Below, piece after piece: positions 1-9,369 of a stretch of DNA of 64,000 nucleotides (position 1 is the stretch's first letter; every line of letters starts with the position of its first letter). This DNA comes from Chthoniobacterales bacterium (GTDB lineage: Bacteria > Verrucomicrobiota > Verrucomicrobiia > Chthoniobacterales > Chthoniobacteraceae): contig JBBQZX010000015.1 in the NCBI GenBank assembly GCA_038207335.1, positions 32,001 through 96,000 of the forward strand, written 5' to 3'. The notes beneath the pieces are model-generated. The model did no database searches and had not been told where the DNA came from. It worked only from the letters and a program-made list of their open reading frames with translations. Both the position numbers and the translations under genes were made by a program.

Positions 1-1
1 T

Positions 2-313
2 CACGCATGGGAGAAATACGTCGCCGAGGGCCGCATGTGTTCGATGGCTCATCTCTACGAGGCCGTGAAAGAAGGCGCGGTGCAGCGCATCCGCCCGAAG
101 ATCATGACCGTCTGCGCGATCCTCTTTGGGCTGCTTCCGATCATGTGGAGCCCGACCACGCAGGCCGGCGCCGACGTGATGAAACGCATCGCTGCCCCGA
201 TGATCGGCGGCGTCATCACCAGTGCTATTCTCGAGCTGCTGATCTATCCGGTGATCTTCGTCATCTGGAAAAAGCGGCATCTCACGCCCGCGCTTGTGGC
301 CGCGCCGATTTGA
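2..313 (+). CDS. cusA: CusA/CzcA-family heavy-metal RND efflux pump, C-terminal fragment (runs off window start)
   Basis: AVKEGAVQRIRPKIMT...GLLPIMWS..AGADVMKRIAAPMIGG is the typical CusA C-terminus. Confidence 0.88.
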   Translation, partial: HAWEKYVAEGRMCSMAHLYEAVKEGAVQRIRPKIMTVCAILFGLLPIMWSPTTQAGADVMKRIAAPMIGGVITSAILELLIYPVIFVIWKKRHLTPALVAAPI

Positions 314-326
314 AGCGCAACGGCAC

Positions 327-923
327 ATGAACGCCGACCGTATTCCAGCGGACGCGGATGCCGCGCTGATGGCGCGCCTGGCGGCCGGTGACGACCTCGC
401 ACTGAACGAACTCATGCAGCATTGGCAGACGCCGCTGGTGGCATTCATCCTCCGCTACGTCGGTAGCGAAGCGGAGGCTCTCGACCTCGCGCAGGAAACT
501 TTTGTGCGCATCTACCAAAGCCGCGAGCGCTACCAGCCGACCGCAAAATTCTCGACCTGGCTTTTCACCATCGCGAGCAATCTCAGCCGCAATATGCTTC
601 GCTGGCGGCAGCGACATCCCACGGTATCGGCCATTGCGACGGATCGGAGCGGCGAGTCCCACGACCTGCTGGAAGAGTCCACCTCCCCTGAGCGTTCGCC
701 CGCCGATAACGCCGAGCACAATGACCTTGCGAGCGCCGTACGCGAGCACATCCTAGCTCTCCCGCACGACCTCAAGACTGCTGTGCTGCTCTTTGAATAT
801 GAGGATCTCAGTTACGAGGAAATCGCCGGCGTGCTTGGCTGCACGCCCAAGGCCGTCGAGACGCGCCTTTACCGAGCCCGCAAGAGCCTGGGCGAAAGCC
901 TTGCGCGCTGGCAGATCCGATGA
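327..923 (+). CDS. ECF-type RNA polymerase sigma-70 factor
   Basis: Region 2 EALDLAQETFVRIY/FSTWLFTIASN; region 4 LSYEEIAGVLGCTPKAVETRLYRAR. Confidence 0.9.
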   Translation: MNADRIPADADAALMARLAAGDDLALNELMQHWQTPLVAFILRYVGSEAEALDLAQETFVRIYQSRERYQPTAKFSTWLFTIASNLSRNMLRWRQRHPTVSAIATDRSGESHDLLEESTSPERSPADNAEHNDLASAVREHILALPHDLKTAVLLFEYEDLSYEEIAGVLGCTPKAVETRLYRARKSLGESLARWQIR

Positions 924-964
924 ACTGGTGAGCGCGCTCCCGCGTTTTCTCAAATGACCCGAAC

Positions 965-3448
965 ATGAACGACACCTCACCAACTTTCACCGATCCCGTT
1001 TGCAGCATGAACGTGGACGAGGGCTCCGCCGGAGGAACCTCAGAGTTTCGCGGCACGACCTACCACTTCTGCTCCGAGCATTGCCGGGAAAAGTTCCGCG
1101 CCGATCCGGAAAGCTTCACTGAGAAGAACGAGCCGGAGGCGCATCCCGAGGGAGACTGCTGCGGCGGGCATCATCACACATCCGAGGCTACGAGCGAGGC
1201 CGCCGAGGAGAGCAAGCCGGCGAAGAAATACTTCTGCCCGATGTGCCCCGGCGTGGAGAGCGACGAGCCCGGCGAATGTCCGAAATGCGGGATGGCGCTG
1301 GAACGCAACCCGACTTGGAAGCCTGCTGGGAAGACGATCTACACCTGCCCGATGCACCCGGAGATCGAGCAGGATCATCCGGGCGATTGCCCGATTTGTG
1401 GGATGGCGCTGGAGCCGAAAGGCGGGGCCGCGAGCGGGGGAGAGGACGAGGAAAATCCCGAGTTGCGCGACATGACGCGGCGCTTTTGGGTGGCCGCACC
1501 GCTGGCGCTGATCGTGATGGGTCTGTCGATGGGCGGGATGATTCCCGGCGCGGACTTCCTGCACGGGAATATCTCGCGCTGGGCGCAGTTCGCGATCTCG
1601 AGCATCGTCGTGCTGTGGGCGGGCTGGCCGTTTTTCGAGCGCGGCTGGCGCTCAGTAAAGACGTGGCATCTCAATATGTTCACGCTCATCGCCATCGGCA
1701 CCGGCGCGGCTTGGCTCTACAGCACGGTCGCGATGCTGATGCCGGCAGCGTTCCCGGATTCGTTCCGCGAGCATGGTTTCGTCGCCGTCTATTTTGAAGC
1801 GGCGGCGATGATCGTCGCGCTCGTGCTGCTCGGGCAGGTCATAGAGTTGCGCGCTCGCGCCCGCACCGGTCAGGCGATCAAGGCGCTGCTCAATCTCGCG
1901 CCGAAGACCGCACGCATCGTCCGCGACGGCGACTGCGAGGAGGAAATCCCGCTGGATCAAGTGCAGGCCGGCGACACGCTCCGCGTGCGGCCTGGCGACA
2001 GCATTCCCGTCGATGGCGAGATCGTCGAAGGCAGGAGCACGATCGACGAATCCATGCTCACCGGCGAACCCGCGCCGGTCGAGAAAAGCGCGGGCGATCC
2101 CGTGAGCGGCGGCACCTTGAACAACACCGGCAGTTTCCTCATGCGCGCCGACCGCGTGGGCGCGGACACCTTGCTCGCAAAGATTGTCGAGATGGTCGCG
2201 AGTGCGCAGCGCAGCCGCGCGCCGATCCAAAGTCTCGCGGACAAATTCGCCGCGATCTTCGTCCCCACCGTCATCGCCGTCGCGGTCATCACCTTCGGCA
2301 TCTGGATGATCTTCGGCCCCGAGCCGCGATTCGCTCACGCGCTCGCGAATGCCGTCGCCGTGCTCATCATCGCCTGCCCGTGCGCGCTCGGCCTTGCCAC
2401 ACCCATGTCCATCATGGTCGGCGTCGGCCGCGGTGCGGGGGAGGGCGTGCTCGTGCGCGATGCCGAGGCGCTCGAGACGATGGAGAAAATCGACACCCTG
2501 GTGATCGACAAAACCGGCACCCTCACCGAGGGCAAACCACGGGTAACGGACGTCATTGTCTTCGCGAGCGGCAGTGAGGACGACGTCCTGCGCATCGCCG
2601 CGTCCGTCGAGCAGAACAGCGAACACCCCCTCGCCGCCGCCATCGTGAACGCGGCAAAGGAACGCAAACTTCAGCTCGCGAAAGTCGGCGACTTCGACTC
2701 CGTCACCGGCGGCGGCGTCACCGGCCATGTCGATGAAAAGGAAATCGTCATCGGCAAGCCCGAACTGCTCACCGAGCGCGGCATCGAGATTTCCGCCGAA
2801 CAATCCGAAGCCCTCACGGGGCTTCGTCAGGAGGCCAAGACCGCCATGCTCATCGGCATCGATGGCAAAGTCGCCGGCATTATCGCCGTCGCCGACCCGA
2901 TCAAATCCACCACGCCCGACGCCATCAAAGCTCTGCACGCCGCGGGTCTGAAAGTCCTCATGTTCACCGGCGACAACGCCGAGACCGCCAAAGCCGTCTC
3001 CGGCAAACTCGCCCTCGACGGCTTCGAGGCCGGCCTCAGCCCGCAGGACAAACACGACCGCATCGTTGCGCTCCGCAAAAGCGGCGCGAAGGTTGCCATG
3101 GCCGGCGACGGCATAAACGACGCCCCCGCGCTCGCTGCGGCCGATGCCGGCATCGCCATGGGCACCGGCACCGATGTCGCCATTGAGAGCGCCGGCATCA
3201 CCCTCGTCAAAGGCGACCTCAACGGCATCGTCCGCGCCATCCACCTCAGCCGCGCCGTCCTGCGCAATATCCGCCAAAACCTCTTCTTCGCCTTCGCCTA
3301 CAACACCGTCGGCATCCCCATCGCCGCCGGCATCCTCTACCCCTTCACCGGCCTGCTTCTCAGCCCCATCATCGCCGCCGCCGCCATGAGCCTCAGCTCC
3401 GTCTCCGTCATCACAAATGCCCTGCGCCTCCGCGCCGTCCGGCTCTGA
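965..3448 (+). CDS. copA: Cu(I)-translocating P1B-type ATPase with N-terminal YHS and two CPMxP metal-binding domains
   Basis: [49 protein letters not shown]-terminal [28 protein letters not shown]. Confidence 0.95.
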   Translation: MNDTSPTFTDPVCSMNVDEGSAGGTSEFRGTTYHFCSEHCREKFRADPESFTEKNEPEAHPEGDCCGGHHHTSEATSEAAEESKPAKKYFCPMCPGVESDEPGECPKCGMALERNPTWKPAGKTIYTCPMHPEIEQDHPGDCPICGMALEPKGGAASGGEDEENPELRDMTRRFWVAAPLALIVMGLSMGGMIPGADFLHGNISRWAQFAISSIVVLWAGWPFFERGWRSVKTWHLNMFTLIAIGTGAAWLYSTVAMLMPAAFPDSFREHGFVAVYFEAAAMIVALVLLGQVIELRARARTGQAIKALLNLAPKTARIVRDGDCEEEIPLDQVQAGDTLRVRPGDSIPVDGEIVEGRSTIDESMLTGEPAPVEKSAGDPVSGGTLNNTGSFLMRADRVGADTLLAKIVEMVASAQRSRAPIQSLADKFAAIFVPTVIAVAVITFGIWMIFGPEPRFAHALANAVAVLIIACPCALGLATPMSIMVGVGRGAGEGVLVRDAEALETMEKIDTLVIDKTGTLTEGKPRVTDVIVFASGSEDDVLRIAASVEQNSEHPLAAAIVNAAKERKLQLAKVGDFDSVTGGGVTGHVDEKEIVIGKPELLTERGIEISAEQSEALTGLRQEAKTAMLIGIDGKVAGIIAVADPIKSTTPDAIKALHAAGLKVLMFTGDNAETAKAVSGKLALDGFEAGLSPQDKHDRIVALRKSGAKVAMAGDGINDAPALAAADAGIAMGTGTDVAIESAGITLVKGDLNGIVRAIHLSRAVLRNIRQNLFFAFAYNTVGIPIAAGILYPFTGLLLSPIIAAAAMSLSSVSVITNALRLRAVRL

Positions 3449-3474
3449 TCCTCTTCCGCCACTCGATTTGCCTT

Positions 3475-3530
3475 TGTAGGGTGGCCATCTGGGCCGCCTC
3501 GGTCCGGGCGGCGAAGATCGCCGCCCTACA
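3475..3530. repeat. Inverted GTAG-type REP doublet
   Basis: TGTAGGGTGGCCATCT ... AGATCGCCGCCCTACA inverted pair; the right arm carries the internal palindrome GGGCGGCGA-AGA-TCGCCGCCC. Confidence 0.6.
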
Positions 3531-3597
3531 ACCCAGCGATTTGCGCTGGAAATTTTCACGCCTGCGAGTATTTGAACTCCGCGCGTCCCTTCAAAAT

Positions 3598-3669
3598 GCC
3601 GGCGTAGCTCAGGGGTAGAGCAGCAGTTTTGTAAACTGCGGGTCGCGGGTTCGAATCCCGCCTCCGGCT
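3598..3669 (+). tRNA. tRNA-Thr(TGT)
   Basis: Cloverleaf: D arm GCTC/GAGC, anticodon arm GCAGT-TTTGTAA-ACTGC, T arm GCGGG-TTCGAAT-CCCGC; CCA not encoded. Confidence 0.96.
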
Positions 3670-3980
3670 CCCGCATTTTCGCGCAGGAAATGCCAGATAC
3701 AGTGGATTCTAAGCATCATTGATCGAATCGTGATGCACTTCGCACGCTTTCAAGACGTTTCGCGCGGTCGTTTTCTGTCACGGTCTGTCACGCCGTTCTA
3801 TCGATCACGGCGGAGTTCGCTCGATGGCCAGACGCCAGATGCCGCGGAGGTCGTGGAGGATTTCGCGGCGTGGTGGCGGATCGAGAGGAGACTGAAGCAA
3901 CAGAAGCCAAAGAATGCAGTACCTTTCCGGTCGTGCTCTGCACATACGTTGCTCCCTTGCAGATCCCGCTCTCAATCTTG

Positions 3981-6344
3981 ATGTTCTTTTCGCTCGCTGC
4001 CTTGTGTGGGCATACGAGCAGTGCCCGTGCGGAGGCTCCTCCGCCGACGGTGCGGGCCGTTTTTGAGCAGCACTGCGTGAAGTGTCACAGCGGGGAGAAG
4101 CCCAAGGGCGACATGACGCTTGAGCCGCTGCTGGAGGGGCACGGCGAACTCAAGCTGTGGCAGGACGCGCTGGAAAAAATCGAGACCGGCGAGATGCCGC
4201 CGAAGTCCAAGCCGCGCCCAGCGCCGGAGCAAAAGCGCGCCGCCGCGGATTGGCTGACGGGACTGGTGCTCGCGGAAAAGGCGGCGCATCGCGCAAAGGA
4301 AGGCCGTGTGGTGCTGCGACGGCTGAACCGGGTTGAGTATGAAAACACGCTGCGAGACTTGCTCGGCGTGGAAGTACGGGTGCGTGCGTTGTTGCCGGAG
4401 GATTCGTCCGCAGGTGGTTTCGACAATGTGGGCGAGGCGCTGCACTCCTCGTCTTTCCTGCTCGCGCGCTATCTCGATGCGGCGGCGGAAGCACTCGACC
4501 AGGCCATCGCCAGCGTGCCGCAGCCGGTAGCGAAAAAGGAGCGCATCACGCTGCGCGATGCGTATCAGTTCAAGCAGGACACCGAGCACGCGTTCCGCAA
4601 ACGCGACGATGGCCGGATCACGATGTTTTCCTCGTCGCAATGGCAGGCGGCGACGCTGTTCTGGCTGGAGCGGCGCGGGCGTTACCGGTTCCGGATGTCG
4701 GTGCAGGCGGATCAGAGCGGTGGCAAGCCGGTCGTCTTCAGCGCTGACACAGGCGGCGGCAGCGATGGGCCGAAGTCGGTACTCGCGGGCTATTTCGACG
4801 CCCCTGCGGATGCGCCGAAGGTGATCGAATTCGAGGCGTTTATGGAGCCGCGGATGTCGATGACAATCCGTCCGTATGGACTCGCGGTCGCGCAGGAGAT
4901 CGCCAAGGCCGGCGACAGGTGGACCGGCCCCGGACTGGCGGTGGACTGGGTGGAAATGGAAGGGCCGCTGAACGACACTTGGCCGCCCGCGAGCCACGAG
5001 CGGCTTTTTGCCGGGCTGAAACAGGCGCCCGTGAAAGTGTCCGGCGCAAACGACATTCTCGAAGTGCAGCCGAACGAATCTGCTGCCGACGCACGGCGCA
5101 TCATTGCGGCTTTTGCGAGGCGGGCTTTTCGGCGACCTGTGAGCGACGAGGAACTTGCGCCGTTCACGGCGCTGGTGGCGAAGCGTCAGGCGGATGGCTC
5201 GACATTCGAGCAGGCGGTGCGCGCGGGGCTCGCGGCGGTCATGACCTCACCGGAGTTCCTCTTCCTCTGCGAGACGCCCGGACGGCTCGACGACTTCGCG
5301 GTCGCGAGCAGGCTGTCGTATTTTCTGTGGAGTTCCATGCCGGATGAGGAGCTGCTGTCGCTCGCGGAAAAGGGAAAGCTGCACGACCCGGCAACGCTGC
5401 GCGCGCAGGTGGACCGGCTGTTGCAAAGCCCGAAGGCCGCAGCCTTCACCGAGAACTTCACCGGACAGTGGCTGCGGCTGCGCGAGATCGATTTCACCGA
5501 GCCGAGCGGCCAGCTTTACCCTGAGTTCGACGACATGCTGAAGGCCTCGATGGTTCGGGAGGCGCGGCTGTTCTTCGACGAGTTGCTCCGCCGCGATTTG
5601 CCGGTCACCAATTTCCTCGCGTCGGATTTCTCGATGCTCAACGGCCGACTCGCCAGGCACTACGGCATCCCCGGCGTGGACGGCTGGACGTTCCAGCGCG
5701 TAAGCCTCCCGCTCGAAAGCCACCGCGGCGGTCTGCTCACCATGGCGGCGGTTTTGAAAGTCACCGCCAACGGCACGAATACCTCGCCCGTGATGCGCGG
5801 CGCGTGGGTCCTCGACCGCATCTTCGGCAGGCCGCCGAAACCACCACCGCCAGACGCGGGTAGCATCGAGCCCGACATCCGCGGCGCCACGACGATTCGC
5901 GAGCAGCTCGCCAAGCACCGCCGCGTCGAATCCTGCGCGAGCTGCCACTCCAAGATCGACCCTCCGGGTTTCGCGCTGGAGAACTTCGACGTCATCGGCG
6001 GCTGGCGCGAATTCTACCGCAGCACCGGCAACGGCAAGCCCGTGGAGATCGATGGAAAGAAGATGCGCTACCTGCAGGGGCCGCCGGTGGACGCGACCGG
6101 CGAGATGCCCGACGGGCGGAAGTTTTCCGACGTCGATGGACTCAAAAAGCTCCTCCTCGCCGACACCGACACTTTCGCCCGCGCGCTCACGATCCGCCTG
6201 CTCACCTACGGCACCGGCGGACTCGTCGAGGCCACCGACCAGCGCGAAGTCAGCGCCATCCTCGACAAGGCGAAATCCGCGCAATGGGGCTTCCGCTCCC
6301 TCCTCCACGAAATCGTCCAGAGCCGTCTCTTCCTCGAAAAGTAA
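3981..6344 (+). CDS. Planctomycete/PVC-type cytochrome c protein (DUF1587/1595/1592/1588/1585 architecture)
   Basis: CVKCH and CASCH haem motifs; LRRLNRVEYENTLRDLLG; ASRLSYFLWSSMPD; TSPVMRGAWVL; start codon uncertain. Confidence 0.88.
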   Translation: MFFSLAALCGHTSSARAEAPPPTVRAVFEQHCVKCHSGEKPKGDMTLEPLLEGHGELKLWQDALEKIETGEMPPKSKPRPAPEQKRAAADWLTGLVLAEKAAHRAKEGRVVLRRLNRVEYENTLRDLLGVEVRVRALLPEDSSAGGFDNVGEALHSSSFLLARYLDAAAEALDQAIASVPQPVAKKERITLRDAYQFKQDTEHAFRKRDDGRITMFSSSQWQAATLFWLERRGRYRFRMSVQADQSGGKPVVFSADTGGGSDGPKSVLAGYFDAPADAPKVIEFEAFMEPRMSMTIRPYGLAVAQEIAKAGDRWTGPGLAVDWVEMEGPLNDTWPPASHERLFAGLKQAPVKVSGANDILEVQPNESAADARRIIAAFARRAFRRPVSDEELAPFTALVAKRQADGSTFEQAVRAGLAAVMTSPEFLFLCETPGRLDDFAVASRLSYFLWSSMPDEELLSLAEKGKLHDPATLRAQVDRLLQSPKAAAFTENFTGQWLRLREIDFTEPSGQLYPEFDDMLKASMVREARLFFDELLRRDLPVTNFLASDFSMLNGRLARHYGIPGVDGWTFQRVSLPLESHRGGLLTMAAVLKVTANGTNTSPVMRGAWVLDRIFGRPPKPPPPDAGSIEPDIRGATTIREQLAKHRRVESCASCHSKIDPPGFALENFDVIGGWREFYRSTGNGKPVEIDGKKMRYLQGPPVDATGEMPDGRKFSDVDGLKKLLLADTDTFARALTIRLLTYGTGGLVEATDQREVSAILDKAKSAQWGFRSLLHEIVQSRLFLEK

Positions 6345-6350
6345 ATCCCC

Positions 6351-7619
6351 ATGAACACTCCCCTCACCCGCCGCCACTTCCTCCGCTCCGCCGGCATCCT
6401 CCTGGCGCTGCCCACGCTCGAGTCCCTGCAGTCCCGCGCATTCGCCGCCGGCAATACGCCGCCGCCGCGCCGCATGGTCTGCATTTGCGCCCCGCTCGGG
6501 CTGCACGCGCCCGATTTTTTCCCGGAGAAAATGGGCCGCGACTACCAGCCCTCCATGTATCTCGAAACGCTCGGCGACCTCCGCCGGGACTGCACCGTCA
6601 TCTCCGGGCTCGCGCACCCGGGCATTGGCTCCACGCACGACTCGCAGGACAGCTTCCTCACCGCCGCGCTGCACCCGGAGAACCGCGCGGGCTTTCGCAA
6701 CAGCATCTCACTCGACCAGCTTGCAGCGGAGAAAATCGGCGACCGCACCCGCTTCGCCAGCATCGCGCTCGCGGCGGAGGGGTCCAGTCTTTCGTGGACG
6801 CGCAGCGGCGCGATGGTGCCCGCGGACGTGTTTCCCGCGTCCGTGTTCGCGCGGCTTTTCCTCCAGGGCAAACCGGACGAAGTCCAGAAGCAGGCGCGCC
6901 GGCTGGAGGACGGCCTCAGCATTCTCGACACCGTCCGCGACCAGGCGAAGCGGCTCGACTCCACCCTCGGCACGCGCGACCGCGAGAAGATCGACGAGTA
7001 TTTCACCAGCGTGCGCGAGCTCGAGCAACGCATGGCCGTCGCGCGCGAATGGTCCACGAAACCCAAGCCCCACGTCGATGTCCCGCCGATCCAGAACAAC
7101 ACCAACCCCGCCGACCTGATCGGCAAGACGCGGCTCATGCTCGAGCTCATCCACCTCGCCATCCAGACCGACTCCACGCGGCTCATCACCCTGCTCCTGC
7201 TCGGCACCAGCCAGGTGCCGCCCATCGAGGGCGTCACGCAGGGCCACCACGACCTTTCACACCACGGCCAGGACCCCGGGAAAATCGCGCAGCTCCGCAG
7301 GGTCGAGCTCGAGTTGGTAAAAGCGCACGGCGAATTCCTCACGAAACTCAAGCAAACCCGCGAGCAGGACGGCTCCCTGCTCGACCACTCCATGATCCTT
7401 TTCGGAAGCAACCTCGGCAACGCCTCCAACCACTCCACGAAGAACCTCCCCTTCCTCCTCGCCGGCGGCGGCTTCAAGCACGGCCAGCACCTCGCCTTCA
7501 ACGCCGACGAACCCCCGCCCGTCTCAAATCTCTACGTCAGCATGCTCCAGCGCCTCGGCATCGAGACCGACAAATTCGCCACCAGCACCGGCACCCTCAG
7601 CGGCCTGGACGCGGCCTAG
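6351..7619 (+). CDS. DUF1552 family protein with Tat-like N-terminus
   Basis: TRRHFLRSAG..LALPTLESL; SISLDQLAA; HHDLSHH; LLDHSMILFGS; usual partner of DUF1592 proteins. Confidence 0.88.
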   Translation: MNTPLTRRHFLRSAGILLALPTLESLQSRAFAAGNTPPPRRMVCICAPLGLHAPDFFPEKMGRDYQPSMYLETLGDLRRDCTVISGLAHPGIGSTHDSQDSFLTAALHPENRAGFRNSISLDQLAAEKIGDRTRFASIALAAEGSSLSWTRSGAMVPADVFPASVFARLFLQGKPDEVQKQARRLEDGLSILDTVRDQAKRLDSTLGTRDREKIDEYFTSVRELEQRMAVAREWSTKPKPHVDVPPIQNNTNPADLIGKTRLMLELIHLAIQTDSTRLITLLLLGTSQVPPIEGVTQGHHDLSHHGQDPGKIAQLRRVELELVKAHGEFLTKLKQTREQDGSLLDHSMILFGSNLGNASNHSTKNLPFLLAGGGFKHGQHLAFNADEPPPVSNLYVSMLQRLGIETDKFATSTGTLSGLDAA

Positions 7620-7849
7620 CCGAATCCGAGCGGGGGCAGCCCCTCCCGGCGCATCCCCGCTCCAGCCGCCGCCGTCTCACGGTGGGAAAAAATAGCGCCG
7701 CCACGATACTCACCATTGCGCCGAATTGGCTCGAATCGCGGCTGTTCCCCGCGTGCGCACAGCACCTGCCGGCTGACCGAGGCAAAACGTCCCTCCGAGC
7801 AGCATGTCCGCGCGTAAGTCGTTGATCTAAGATGGATTGCAGAAAAATA

Positions 7850-7975
7850 ATCGATGACCTACCACCCTCCACCGACACCTCACCAGCCTCCACCGACACC
7901 CTCCCACCCATTACCGACGCCTTACCAACCAGCATCGACGCCCTACCACCGGCCACCAGCGCCAGCCCAAATGCC
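7850..7975. repeat. Six degenerate tandem 21-bp repeats
   Basis: Units at 7850, 7871, 7892, 7913, 7934, 7955; consensus about AYCGACRCCCTACCACCNNCC. Confidence 0.8.
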
Positions 7976-8043
7976 ACCGTGCTTCGGCTTCTCCAGAGCG
8001 AGCGTCATCTCGGAGGGTTGTGCGAATCGGGCACGGGCGGGTC

Positions 8044-8405
8044 TTAGAAGCCGTGCACCGGTTGATGCTGGGCTATTGTTTCCGCTTTCGGGGCGCGCTT
8101 GTAAGTCGCGTCGAGTGCCACGGCGGGCGGGCCCTGGACCTGCCGGCCATCGAGGAGGTGCTCCACGGTGAAAAATCTGCAGCCGCGGATACTGCCGGTT
8201 CTGCTTGCTCTCGTAAAAGCCCGCGTCCGCGTCCAAAGGACTTGATTCGGCTAACCGCCGCCATGCCGTCCTTTTCCTGAAAGAGAAGGCGTTGTAGGTC
8301 TGCGCCTATCTATTGAATGGCGGATCGATAGACCAGATCCACGGAGGCGTCCGGGAGGTAGCGGCGGAGGATGTCGAGATTGTCGCCGCAGTAGAGGGTG
8401 CCCAT
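8044..8405 (-). pseudogene. Internally deleted, frameshifted remnant of an N4/N6 DNA methyltransferase (probably fused to an Mrr-like nuclease)
   Basis: MGTLYCGDNLDILRRYLPDASVDLVY/DPPFN..QTYN..QEKDG joined across frameshifts to DAGFYES..YPRLQI/TVEHLLDGR...DATYKRAPKA..stop. Confidence 0.8.
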
Positions 8406-8564
8406 GGCGCGACTTTGCCAACCGCCCCCCGCCCCGACAAGCGCGCGGCTGCCCGTGGCGGGGCGCCGGGCTTGTTTATTTCGTTGCAGCCCTGCGCTGG
8501 GTCGGATGCACTGGCCGCCGCTTCGAGTCCAGGTCTCACAACCACTCCTCTACTTCGACCCAAT

Positions 8565-9323
8565 ATGTTCCGAGCCATCAAACGTCTCTTCATTTACCTC
8601 GGCTTGCTCGCGGAGAAAGCCACCGAGAACGACGCGATCAATCAAGCCGTCGTCGAGCGCGGCATCCGCGATGCGAAAGCCAAGGCGGACAAGGCGCACT
8701 ACGCCAACGGGCAGCTCGCTAGCCAGATCGCGCTGCTCAAGGATCAGGTGAAACGCCAGACGCGGCAGCGCGAGGAATTGGCCGGGATGCTGCAAGCCGC
8801 CGCCGCCGCGAATGACGACGCGAACGGCGCGCATTACGCCGAGGAACTCGCGACGATGGACACCGACATCGCGGACAACGAAGCGCAGCTCAAGAGCCTC
8901 GAAGAACTCTACGAGCAGAACACGCAGGTCATCGCGCAGAGCCTCCGGGAGATTCAGAAATTCCAGCGCGAATTCGAGACGGTGAAGGCGAAGGTCGCGG
9001 TCGGGCGTTCGCTCGAAAATCTCGCGGGGCTGATGAAAGGCTCGATCGTGGAGTTGCAAGGGATGATGGGCAGCGAGCTTTCGCAATCGATGCAGCAGCT
9101 CCGCCAGAGCGCCTCGGTCGGCGAGGGTCAGATGCGCGCGACTTTCGATCTGGCAAAGGAAATGGGCTCGAACGTGCAGCGTCAGCAGGAGATGAAAAAG
9201 GCCCGCGGCGCCGCGCTCTTCCAGGAATACAAAAAGAAGATGGGCATGGTGCAGAGCGACACCGCAGCAGCGCCCGCGCAGCCTGCGCCCGCCACTGAGC
9301 AACGGCAGAAGATCGCCGAATAA
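8565..9323 (+). CDS. PspA/IM30 (ESCRT-III superfamily) protein
   Basis: 252 aa, all-helical; amphipathic N-terminus MFRAIKRLFIYLG; long coiled-coil hairpin; C-terminal ALFQEYKKKMG helix. Confidence 0.75.
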   Translation: MFRAIKRLFIYLGLLAEKATENDAINQAVVERGIRDAKAKADKAHYANGQLASQIALLKDQVKRQTRQREELAGMLQAAAAANDDANGAHYAEELATMDTDIADNEAQLKSLEELYEQNTQVIAQSLREIQKFQREFETVKAKVAVGRSLENLAGLMKGSIVELQGMMGSELSQSMQQLRQSASVGEGQMRATFDLAKEMGSNVQRQQEMKKARGAALFQEYKKKMGMVQSDTAAAPAQPAPATEQRQKIAE

Positions 9324-9369
9324 CGCCACCCTTCTCGCCCGCTAAAAACCCTACCAACTCCACACTGCC

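Noticed and set aside
3598..3669. C-U mismatch in the tRNA-Thr acceptor stem as a sign of a pseudo-tRNA
   Set aside because: All other arms are canonical; a single mismatch is tolerated
1652..3676. 674-aa minus-strand ORF and other long antisense ORFs (e.g. 9376-11052, 24828-26057, 45280-46371)
   Set aside because: Shadow ORFs of high-GC3 genes; no motifs of their own
3775..3792. Possible Pho box (CTGTCA repeat)
   Set aside because: Spacing is 10 bp rather than 11 and no phosphate genes are nearby; kept only as a possible arm-type site
7741..7760. GCTGTTCCCCGCGTGCGC resembles the start of a type I-E CRISPR repeat
   Set aside because: Single half-copy, no complementary GGGG arm, no spacers and no cas genes
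6284..7825. Long alternate-frame Arg/Pro-rich ORFs (also 11277-12611, 12908-14374)
   Set aside because: Off-frame artefacts of GC-rich codon usage
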